DNA of 9,076 nucleotides from a virus (Duplodnaviria; Heunggongvirae; Uroviricota; Caudoviricetes): IMG/VR virus record IMGVR_UViG_2703718872_000004; one strand, 5' to 3'. Shown piece by piece: positions 1 to 6,855 of this stretch (position 1 is its first letter; each line of letters starts with the position of its first letter). The notes under the pieces were generated by a model. It saw only the letters and a program-made list of their open reading frames with translations, ran no database searches and was not told where the DNA came from. The position numbers and the translations under genes were made by a program.

Positions 1-963
1 ACAGGGGCGATCCACAATAAAGTGTGGCCCGACAAACCAGGCTTCACGAATACGGCTTACCCGCCCGACTTTCACCTGAACCCGCCCGGATGCCACAGCT
101 ACCGCCTGCATCAGATTATTTTTATCAAAGGCCACCACCCGTCCATTACTGAGTTCAATCACCGGAAGACGCTCGAATGTACGGTAATAAACCACCTGAA
201 GCAGCACACGACGGCGTTCACGCTGAAGCCATTCGTTCTGCTGTCGATCCCATGACTGATACTCTTCCCATGCACTCATCAACGGACTGGGCTGGCCTTC
301 AGTAACCGTGGTATCGACAAAACCACGCCAGTCATCAATGGCATAATCGATAACCTGAGCCATTCCCGGGAATGTAGCTTTTGCCTCATCGGTATCCATC
401 CAGCGGCGACGCATCAGCCAGCGGCAGTCACTTAAATCAGCCTCCCGGCTCAGCCAGTCCCAGAAAACCTCATTCCGGCTGACAGTAGACACCTTAAATT
501 CAGGCCCGAACGGATCGCTGTTTCGTCTGACCTCCACCCAACTGAGGCCCGCCTTGATTTGTTCCGCATAGGCATCAGAGCGGGCTTTATTCATATTGCC
601 AAGGCGGCATGCATCGGCAAATTCAGCATTAATAGCTTCAGCCAGTTTTTCAGTTTCATCATCTGGCTCGTCTGACATCACCACCAGATCAGTCCGTGTT
701 TTGGCCTCCATTCCCAGAACGCCATCGACGGTAGGCGCGATGAGGTTATGGATAGTCATCGGCTGACCGCGATCTTTCAGAACCTGAAGAACTTCCGGTG
801 GCAACTGATCGCCATCGTAATACGCACAGGCCTTGTTTGCGGCATCACGCCATTTAGGCTGGCTGTCAATATCAGAACAAAGCGCCTGTAACTGGCGCTG
901 AGAAAAACGCGGCGTGGCTCCATTGTCGTTTTTCGTCGCCATGGTGTTAGTTTCATTTTTCAT
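1..963 (-). CDS. Portal protein, N-terminal ~320 codons (3' end lies beyond the left edge of the window)
   Basis: Minus-strand frame is open from the ATG at 963-961 to position 1 (MKNETNTMATKNDNGATPRFSQRQLQ...). Absent from the ORF track only because it has no stop in the window. The ATG overlaps the terL stop (ATGA). An in-frame alternative ATG at 942 has no Shine-Dalgarno. Portal call rests on position directly after terL, not on a recognised motif. Confidence 0.6.
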   Translation of the reverse strand, partial: MKNETNTMATKNDNGATPRFSQRQLQALCSDIDSQPKWRDAANKACAYYDGDQLPPEVLQVLKDRGQPMTIHNLIAPTVDGVLGMEAKTRTDLVVMSDEPDDETEKLAEAINAEFADACRLGNMNKARSDAYAEQIKAGLSWVEVRRNSDPFGPEFKVSTVSRNEVFWDWLSREADLSDCRWLMRRRWMDTDEAKATFPGMAQVIDYAIDDWRGFVDTTVTEGQPSPLMSAWEEYQSWDRQQNEWLQRERRRVLLQVVYYRTFERLPVIELSNGRVVAFDKNNLMQAVAVASGRVQVKVGRVSRIREAWFVGPHFIVDRPC

Positions 964-2669
964 CAGTGAGCCATCCAGTGTGTAGTTCTGCGTTTATCCG
1001 TTTTCTGTTTTACCCTCACAGGCATTCTGGCGCGCATCTCCTGGGCAATCATGTAGCTCATGAGTTGATCATCAAAACAGCCTTCCTGTGCATTCATGGA
1101 GCCTTTCGCGTCATAAACGTAGGTGTTCATTTCCGATAATGTGCCTGACCAGCGGATCCCTGATATTCCATTATTCAGGAGCGTTTTCATTCCTTCGGTC
1201 AGAACAGGTTTGCTCTGACGGGTTGTCAGCCAGCCAAGGCGGGGCGTATCGTCATCATATGCCTGATCAAGGTGCTGTTCGTTGTAGATATAACGCGTCG
1301 GATAGAGCTCCCTGAGTTTCAGAATAACGGCATGTCCGTGATTGTTACGCTCCGGCCCCACAAACGCGTTGTTGTACATACGACAGACCTGCGCAATGAG
1401 ATGAGCAAAAAGCTCCGCATCAAGATGACCAAACCAGTGGGCCACCTGCTCACCATTACTGCATCTGATGATATCCAGCGATGAGCGGTCCCCGTGCTCA
1501 AGCCCCTCAGCAATATCCGCTCCGCAGACATACTCTTCATCTGGATCCGGTAGCTCCCAGACCAGCAGATAATTCATCAGCGTCCGGTGCTGTTCGGCTT
1601 TATTCCCGTCACGCAGAGACTGCGCTTTAGTCTTCCTTCCTGTAACAGGTTCAATGTCATAAACAATCAGCGGTGGCGAACAGAATGATTCTGCCTGCAA
1701 CGTACTTTCGGCACTGAACACACGTCGTCCGGACGTCAGAAACGCCTCCTGTGGCGTTGAGGGAAACTCCTGCTTCATTTCCTCACGCTGTTCAGTTTCC
1801 TTATTGATGTACCACTGCTTCTGTTCATCAGTAAGCGTGATGTTCATTGCCTTCTCAACCGCAGAAAAATACGTCATTTTTTCCCGTGACAGCTTCAGCC
1901 CGCTTTCCGGCACTCGGGCGCTGTATTTAGGATCCTGCCACCAGGCGTAAAAATGGAATTTATAATCCTGTGCCGTCAACGATAAGCCTGATGCTGTGAT
2001 CTCCTGTGCTCGGTTACTCATCTCGTAAAAATCACCACCCACGCCTTCAGCTGTGGACTCATCAAAAATAATGCATTCATCAGAGACGGCATTAAGCGTA
2101 CCGGTTCGCAGTTCTTTCGCCTTAGCCGGATATTTCGCGCAAATTTTGCCGTGCTCTGAGATATGCAGGCGCTGCACCGTACCTGAACGGAATGAGGTTG
2201 CCACCTGGATACTCGAGCCGTGACCAAACAGGATATAGCCACCGCTGGCACCGCTACGACGTTCAACGATGGTGAATGAGGCTCTCAGCCAGTCAGGGAG
2301 ATGCTCAAACGGTACAGCAATTTTTGTGCGGAAAATTTCACTGGCAGCCTGTTTATCCTGAGCGACGATCCCGCATTTGAGATGCGGAATGAATAATGCC
2401 TGGTCGAGAAGATAAATATCAATGGCTGTGGAAAATCCCAGCTGGCGCGCTTTCAGGATAATATTTTTATTGTGCATGCTCCGGAACAACTGGCGCTGCG
2501 CCGGTCGCATTCTGAAGGTGACCAGTTCACCTTTTTCGTTCTGTATTTTGTAGAGATGATTGAGCCGCCACCAGGGATTGCTCAGTTTAGTCATGATGAA
2601 CAGACGTTGTTCAGCCTCGGTCATTTCTGACGGCTCATCACATCGCGGTTCATTCTTCCGGAATGTCAT
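963..2669 (-). CDS. terL: Terminase large subunit (TerL)
   Basis: 568-aa ORF. Walker-A-like segment in the N-terminal half (LKARQLGFST) and Asp-rich nuclease-like C-terminal half (VCGADIAEGLEHGDRSSLDII). Strong SD GGGGAGA 5 nt upstream of the ATG at 2669. Overlaps terS by 20 nt. Confidence 0.88.
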   Translation of the reverse strand: MTFRKNEPRCDEPSEMTEAEQRLFIMTKLSNPWWRLNHLYKIQNEKGELVTFRMRPAQRQLFRSMHNKNIILKARQLGFSTAIDIYLLDQALFIPHLKCGIVAQDKQAASEIFRTKIAVPFEHLPDWLRASFTIVERRSGASGGYILFGHGSSIQVATSFRSGTVQRLHISEHGKICAKYPAKAKELRTGTLNAVSDECIIFDESTAEGVGGDFYEMSNRAQEITASGLSLTAQDYKFHFYAWWQDPKYSARVPESGLKLSREKMTYFSAVEKAMNITLTDEQKQWYINKETEQREEMKQEFPSTPQEAFLTSGRRVFSAESTLQAESFCSPPLIVYDIEPVTGRKTKAQSLRDGNKAEQHRTLMNYLLVWELPDPDEEYVCGADIAEGLEHGDRSSLDIIRCSNGEQVAHWFGHLDAELFAHLIAQVCRMYNNAFVGPERNNHGHAVILKLRELYPTRYIYNEQHLDQAYDDDTPRLGWLTTRQSKPVLTEGMKTLLNNGISGIRWSGTLSEMNTYVYDAKGSMNAQEGCFDDQLMSYMIAQEMRARMPVRVKQKTDKRRTTHWMAH

Positions 2670-3456
2670 CCAGTCTCCCCGAATTACTCATTTCATGCAG
2701 CGATGACACGATGTCACTGACAGGCGTAACAACGCCCCGACGCTGGCTGGTCAGAATATCGGTTTCAGCTCTGAGTTTATCTCTGGCGGCGTTGATTCTT
2801 TCCCGGTCAGCACGAAGTTTTGGTGCTGTCTCAGCCAGGACGTCCAGCGTCAGCAATGAGCGTTCAATTGACTCGATACGGGCAATATTCCGGTCAAGGG
2901 CCTGTTCAGCTTTGAGTATTTTGTCGTAAAGAGCAACACGGGTTTCCACGTCAGTTGCCTCTTCCAGGTCGGCGAACATCCCTTTAAGTGCCTTAGTTAC
3001 TGAAAGTGCGCGGGCCCGGGTGAACACCAGTTCATCGAACAGCACCATGTCGGACGCATCATCCATGAGGTTATCTGCCTCAAGATACTTCGCATATCCA
3101 CGGTGTCTTACGGCGTGGGTGTTTCGCTGAGAAAAAGCGTTTGAAGGAGGTAAAAGTCGGGAACCACGAATCCGTTTCGTTTCTGCCGAATTTGCGCAGT
3201 TTTTTTCAGAGTTTTTTGCGCATTTTTCATCGCCGGAACCCGCGTCATTGCAGGGTTCTTCATCTGAGATGTCATGATCGATTTCATGATCGGTTTTATG
3301 ATCAATTTCATGATCGATTTTGCCCATTTTTATACGGGTTCTGGCGGTGTTGTAATTAATCTTTTTCTTCCGGCACCAGTCCAGTAATGTTATTCCCGTT
3401 TCGGCATGTTCGCGTCGGAATGCCTGCTCCAGCTTTTTCCAGTCCAGCTTTGCCAT
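2650..3456 (-). CDS. terS: Terminase small subunit (TerS), predicted N-terminal HTH DNA-binding region followed by an (IDHE)-type peptide repeat and acidic linker
   Basis: 268-aa ORF directly upstream of and overlapping terL. N-terminus MAKLDWKKLEQAFRREHAETGITLLDWCRKKKINYNTARTRIKMG looks like a HTH. The C-terminal half looks coiled-coil. Confidence 0.75.
   Translation of the reverse strand: MAKLDWKKLEQAFRREHAETGITLLDWCRKKKINYNTARTRIKMGKIDHEIDHKTDHEIDHDISDEEPCNDAGSGDEKCAKNSEKNCANSAETKRIRGSRLLPPSNAFSQRNTHAVRHRGYAKYLEADNLMDDASDMVLFDELVFTRARALSVTKALKGMFADLEEATDVETRVALYDKILKAEQALDRNIARIESIERSLLTLDVLAETAPKLRADRERINAARDKLRAETDILTSQRRGVVTPVSDIVSSLHEMSNSGRLDDIPEE
3271..3318. repeat. Four tandem 12-bp repeats (consensus ttcatgatcgat), each carrying a TGATC(G/A) hexamer, inside terS
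   Basis: Read directly: TGATCG at 3275, TGATCG at 3287, TGATCA at 3299, TGATCG at 3311, exactly 12 bp apart. Encodes the peptide repeat IDHEIDHKTDHEIDHD on the minus strand. Confidence 0.8.
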
Positions 3457-3805
3457 GTCACGTTCTAACGTCCTGTGTTAAAAACTGATGCATAATGACC
3501 GCTGTGATTTTTCAGATTTCACACAGCAGCACCATATTTGATCGATATTTGCACAATGCGGTTGTTTTATCCGGTTTCTTCCACCACCGCACCGGACAGG
3601 CGGCTTCGCGGGAAATCGCTCCCATCTCGTGAAAAATGAGAAAACCCGGTGTGCATCGTTTTTGATTATCCCCGCACACTCACGCAGAGGAGTCTCGCTG
3701 TCGGGCTGCGGTCTCTGTTAATGCAGGAATACGGCAACGATACGGCGCATGGCTATGTCAGGCTGAAATGCCTTTATCCGTTAAAAAGGATATCAATTAA
3801 GTTAT

Positions 3806-3900
3806 CCCGTGTAGGGTATAAGCCATTATCAAAGCCACTCTGTAGGGAATGGCTTTTGTAATAACTACTGTTCGCTTAGCTTCTGCTTCAGCAAGTAACC
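3806..3900. repeat. Copy A of a diverged ~65-bp element containing a perfect 8-bp inverted repeat (aagccatt at 3820-3827, aatggctt at 3848-3855) and GTAGGG motifs; spans the stop codon of the 124-aa gene
   Basis: By-eye alignment with 4428-4500 (shared cattatcaa, gcc, cgtagg, ctttgtaat, cta stop triplet, cgctt). The two copies cover coding ends in different reading frames, so the similarity is at DNA level. Confidence 0.4.
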
Positions 3901-4239
3901 TTCGAGCATCCAGATTTTGTTTACAGCATTCTGCCGGGCAATCTTCCGACCAATTTCTGCATCAAAATTTTCCGGACTTGCACAGGCACTCTCTCCGGTA
4001 ACGGTGAAGCCATTCTTCAGTACCAATACGCAGAAAGTAAGAAGGTGCAGAGCATCAGGGGTGGCTTCGACATAAGGCTCCGGATTATAAATAAGGTCAT
4101 CTTCTTTAGCCTGGTGGTCACCCTGCGCAGCAGTGAAAAAATGCTCACTGCAAATGAGGCCTTCAATTTTCTCAGGTGTTACACGCGGTGCCGTTTTGCC
4201 TTTCTCAACGATTTCTTTTTCGATTTGCTGGTCGTTCAT
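3865..4239 (-). CDS. Hypothetical phage protein, 124 aa (accessory gene between lysis and packaging modules)
   Basis: Complete ORF with ATG start and TAG stop, same orientation as the late operon. Only a weak AGGG SD-like element ~10 nt upstream. Acidic, soluble-looking protein; no family recognised with confidence. Confidence 0.65.
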   Translation of the reverse strand: MNDQQIEKEIVEKGKTAPRVTPEKIEGLICSEHFFTAAQGDHQAKEDDLIYNPEPYVEATPDALHLLTFCVLVLKNGFTVTGESACASPENFDAEIGRKIARQNAVNKIWMLEGYLLKQKLSEQ

Positions 4240-4427
4240 AATTATGACCCTGTGGAGTGGTTGCTTGATTAGGATGTCTTTCCATCAGTCTGCCACCACA
4301 AAGAATCTTTTTTGCCATAAGGCTGGAGGTTCATCTTTCAGTGGCTGCCAGTGTTATTTCCCCACTTACTGGCTTGGGTTGTTTCACTGTACTGCCGTAA
4401 CTGGTTGCCCAGAATAAATTCCGGTTT

Positions 4428-4500
4428 CATTATCAAGCCCACCCGTAGGTAGGCTTTGTAATGGCTACTTCGCTTTTGCTTCCGCTCGCTTACGCCGGCG
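4428..4500. repeat. Copy B of the diverged ~65-bp element; spans the stop codon of the 85-aa gene
   Basis: See copy A. Copy B lacks the perfect 8-bp stem but keeps an imperfect hairpin (gcccacc / ggtaggc) followed by tttgtaat. Confidence 0.4.
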
Positions 4501-4722
4501 CTCTTCTTTCCTCTCGGCTTTTGCCATGTCCATGAATGCCTGCATGATCGAGTTCCGCATCATGTAGCTAACAAAGTGATGATTGACACAGCCGTTGAGG
4601 CGCAGCTGCTCGCCAAACTCATCCACCGAGGCCAATGCTTCCATCATGCCCTTCTCGCCTTTCATGAACTCTGAGAAGTCGCGCCCCGCTCTGGAGGCGC
4701 ATTCAATGACACGATCACTCAT
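4465..4722 (-). CDS. Hypothetical protein, 85 aa, with a strongly basic C-terminal tail (KAERKEERRRKRAEAKAK)
   Basis: ATG at 4722 overlaps the stop of the upstream KilA-N gene (ATGA), suggesting translational coupling within one operon. Confidence 0.6.
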   Translation of the reverse strand: MSDRVIECASRAGRDFSEFMKGEKGMMEALASVDEFGEQLRLNGCVNHHFVSYMMRNSIMQAFMDMAKAERKEERRRKRAEAKAK

Positions 4723-5216
4723 CCCGGAAGCCCGGGGATCGTTATCTGCAGCTGGTTAGCCAGGGAGTTAATCTCAGCGACCAACACTGGTTTCGTATAG
4801 CGCCATGCCGCCAGACCTTGCCCACAGAAGCTCGCCATATCTTTTTTCTGATCAAACTCATGACACTTCATATTGAGCTGCGCACTTAAGCTGTTGCGAT
4901 GCTGAAGTTCTCCGGTGAAGTAGTCATCCAGGACTTTATAGGCTGCATATTTAAATCCGGGGTTTAGCCATGCTGCATAATCATAAGCAACAAACTTCCC
5001 GCCATATGTTCCACCGTGTACACCGCGCTCAGTAAAAACCACAGATTCGTGGTTTTTCTCCAGCTCGGCTAAGAACTCTTTGGTCTGCTTGTTTCGCAGG
5101 TAGTGGTACGGAGATTCAGATTCACTTTTACCACTGGCTTTCCACATATCAGTGAGGCAGATCATTCCTGATTCATCAACACGGATCGGTGTATTAAAAA
5201 GCGTGATTGCTTTCAT
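4719..5216 (-). CDS. KilA-N domain protein (putative DNA-binding regulator/antirepressor-type)
   Basis: Motif LTDMWKASGKSESESPYHYLRNKQTKEFLAEL matches my recollection of the KilA-N signature. Start placed at the ATG at 5216 (MKAITLFNTPIRV...), which has an AAGG SD 9-10 nt upstream; the track start at 5252 is a GTG without SD. Confidence 0.7.
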   Translation of the reverse strand: MKAITLFNTPIRVDESGMICLTDMWKASGKSESESPYHYLRNKQTKEFLAELEKNHESVVFTERGVHGGTYGGKFVAYDYAAWLNPGFKYAAYKVLDDYFTGELQHRNSLSAQLNMKCHEFDQKKDMASFCGQGLAAWRYTKPVLVAEINSLANQLQITIPGLPG

Positions 5217-5356
5217 GGCGTCTTTACCTTTTAGAAAGTGAGCCTGTCTCACAGAAAAGCCGCCCGAGAGAGGTCGCCACCTATAACGGCAATTCTCAGG
5301 CCCGCTTACTGAAAGGCTCTCGTTAATATGCGCGTGAGATGCGCGTTTACTGCGGA

Positions 5357-5382
5357 CATAAAAAAGCCCCGCATCGCGAGGC
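5357..5382 (-). terminator. Rho-independent terminator downstream of Rz/Rz1
   Basis: Minus-strand RNA GCCUCGC-GAU-GCGGGGC (7-bp stem with one G-U pair) followed by UUUUUUAU, about 35 nt after the Rz stop. Confidence 0.6.
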
Positions 5383-5414
5383 TCATTAAATTGACTTTGT
5401 GATTTGCAAAAAAA

Positions 5415-5852
5415 TTATTTCAGGCATTGCGTCCTGATGTATTCCTGCAGGTAGTTAACCTGCGCGGTTATCTTGTCGATTCCACTTCTGAGACGGTAAT
5501 AATTGAGTTCAGCATCTGCTGTAAGTCCTGGGCTTTCTCCATCGCCCATGCTGCTGGCTCCGGTCGTTGACTTTGCACAGGTGGCGGCGACTTGCAGGCG
5601 CTTACGACCAGCAGAAACATCAGCACGGAGACTTTCGATAGTCGCATTAGCATCAGCAAGCTCCTTTGTGTATCTGGCGTCAAGTTCTGCTACATCACGT
5701 TGCCGCTTCTGCATATCTGCGATGATGGATGTGGCTTTATCGCGCTGCTCTTTGTAGGCGATGGAGTTATCACGGTAATGATTCAGCCCCAGACTAAGCG
5801 CACCACAGCCAACCGCCAGGACAATAATCACCACACACAGAACACGGTTCAT
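5415..5852 (-). CDS. Rz: Rz i-spanin (inner-membrane spanin subunit)
   Basis: 145 aa. N-terminal TM segment then NHYRDNSIAYKEQRDK...QKRQRDVAELDARYTKELADA, closely resembling lambda Rz as I recall it. Rz1 is embedded in the +1 frame. Confidence 0.85.
   Translation of the reverse strand: MNRVLCVVIIVLAVGCGALSLGLNHYRDNSIAYKEQRDKATSIIADMQKRQRDVAELDARYTKELADANATIESLRADVSAGRKRLQVAATCAKSTTGASSMGDGESPGLTADAELNYYRLRSGIDKITAQVNYLQEYIRTQCLK
5468..5653 (-). CDS. Rz1: Rz1 o-spanin (outer-membrane lipoprotein), fully embedded in Rz
   Basis: Start reassigned from the track's TTG at 5683 to the ATG at 5653, which has an AAGGAG SD 8 nt upstream. Signal peptide MLMRLSKVSVLMFLLVVSAC with lipobox VSAC, then a proline-rich mature region (CKSPPPVQSQRPEP) typical of Rz1. 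Confidence 0.75.
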   Translation of the reverse strand: MLMRLSKVSVLMFLLVVSACKSPPPVQSQRPEPAAWAMEKAQDLQQMLNSIITVSEVESTR

Positions 5853-5859
5853 CTCTCTT

Positions 5860-5994
5860 TCACCCCACCAGTCCCGATAACGTCAGGACTCTCCAGGCGG
5901 TGGAAAAGAAAATGGCAACCAGCATGACTAAAAATGAAATGCCGACGATTACACAGAGGATCTTCGCCAGCGTTATGAGTTTATCCGATATCAT
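5860..5994 (-). CDS. Candidate micro-ORF, 44 aa, single predicted TM helix (MISDKLITLAKILCVIVGISFLVMLVAIFFSTAWRVLTLSGLVG); not in the ORF track
   Basis: Hand-translated. ATG at 5994 lies 14 nt after the Ant-like stop, with GGAG/GGTGG SD-like sequence between them. Its stop at 5860 is 8 nt before the Rz start. Uses two rare ATA codons. Confidence 0.3.
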   Translation of the reverse strand: MISDKLITLAKILCVIVGISFLVMLVAIFFSTAWRVLTLSGLVG

Positions 5995-6008
5995 TAGCCA
6001 CCACTCCA

Positions 6009-6581
6009 TCAATCCGCCTTTGTTATTTTCCCTTTGCCTGTATCAGCTAGGACAAAATCAATCAGCAGATTCGCTTCGTTTATCAATGTGCGGATTTTTG
6101 ATACATGCGCGGCTTTAACCTGTTTCCACTCATTCAGCCCGGTAGCAAACACACTGGCAATGTTTTTATCCCGTTTCATGTCAGCGCAAGCCTGATTGAG
6201 TTCTTCCATCACACTCATTCGACGGGGATTAACGACAAAACCCTTCGTCCAGTATTCATAGAGAACATCGTCGCACTCTTCCTGATACTGGATCACCTTG
6301 TCTCGGATTTTGAGCTTAACCTTATTTGGGCTGATAGTCTGAAGCCAGCCAGCAAGTTTACGTAAAGCCAGGCAGATAACAGGGCGACGTTGGGTATCAC
6401 CTGGTAGCTGAATGGTCATTTCGACCATGCAGCTATTAAACCGTTGTTTTAACTTGCGATACTGTGTTTTCCAGTCCAGCCCCACCCCTTCAACGATCGG
6501 TTTCATTGGAACATACGGTTCGCCATTATGGTTAACCACATAAAGAGAATCGCCGTGAAACGGCACGGTCATCATATTCAT
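6009..6581 (-). CDS. Ant-like protein (resembles the N-terminal domain of P22 antirepressor) inserted between endolysin and Rz
   Basis: 190 aa. N-terminal segment TVPFHGDSLYVVNHNGEPYVPMKPIVEGVGLDWKTQYRKLKQ resembles Ant/AntB-type N-terminal domains from memory. SD AAGGA ~9 nt upstream of the ATG at 6581. Confidence 0.65.
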   Translation of the reverse strand: MNMMTVPFHGDSLYVVNHNGEPYVPMKPIVEGVGLDWKTQYRKLKQRFNSCMVEMTIQLPGDTQRRPVICLALRKLAGWLQTISPNKVKLKIRDKVIQYQEECDDVLYEYWTKGFVVNPRRMSVMEELNQACADMKRDKNIASVFATGLNEWKQVKAAHVSKIRTLINEANLLIDFVLADTGKGKITKAD

Positions 6582-6855
6582 CGGTTATTTCCTTTTAGTG
6601 ATGAACCCTGCGCACAGGAATAACCAGCCCAAAGAGGGTTAACCAGACCACTGCCGGTTATCCACCAGGGCTCATCCTGAAAGGTTCTTTGGTTTATTTA
6701 CGCTTGTGCGAAGCGCAGAAATGACAAAGACACCATTACGGTGCCTCTGCGTAAAACAATCTTCCTGACTTTATTCACTTGCATTTTGCCAGTTCGCAGG
6801 ATTTCGTGTTATCCGCCCGCATGAGCAAGCGTCATTTATCAGCAAAATATTCTGC

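Noticed and set aside
22-255. Plus-strand 77-aa ORF at the left edge
   Set aside because: Lies entirely antisense to the open minus-strand portal frame, and its product is low-complexity. Treated as a shadow ORF.
1088-1484. Plus-strand ORFs 1088-1315 and 1272-1484, and minus-strand alternative-frame ORFs 1319-1540 and 2018-2266
   Set aside because: All nested inside the 568-aa terL frame, which has a strong SD and recognisable terminase motifs. They are by-products of the long ORF.
2663-3359. ORFs 2663-2929 (+), 3108-3311 (-) and 3141-3359 (+) within terS
   Set aside because: Overlap the terS frame in alternative frames or antisense. The His/Asp/Phe-rich translations come from reading the 12-bp tandem repeat in the wrong frame.
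3649-3861. Plus-strand 70-aa ORF in the terS-upstream spacer
   Set aside because: No Shine-Dalgarno, opposite orientation to the operon, and the translation shows no domain-like features. The region is more likely regulatory or packaging DNA.
4045-4417. Plus-strand ORFs 4045-4272 and 4133-4417, and a 36-codon minus-strand ORF starting at 4318
   Set aside because: The plus-strand ORFs are antisense to the 124-aa gene and its leader. The 36-codon ORF overlaps the 124-aa start in another frame and has no RBS.
5252-5252. GTG at 5252 as start of the KilA-N gene (track start)
   Set aside because: No SD upstream of it, whereas the in-frame ATG at 5216 has an AAGG SD 9-10 nt upstream. The 12-codon extension is kept only as an alternative.
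5654-5683. TTG at 5683 as Rz1 start (track)
   Set aside because: The ATG at 5653 with an AAGGAG SD gives a canonical lipoprotein signal peptide. The TTG extension adds 10 residues with no RBS.
5503-6118. Plus-strand ORFs 5503-5757, 5592-5927 and 5900-6118
   Set aside because: Antisense to Rz/Rz1 and to the Rz-ant junction, with low-complexity products (Ala/Ser-rich from antisense reading of the Rz coiled-coil). Not credible.
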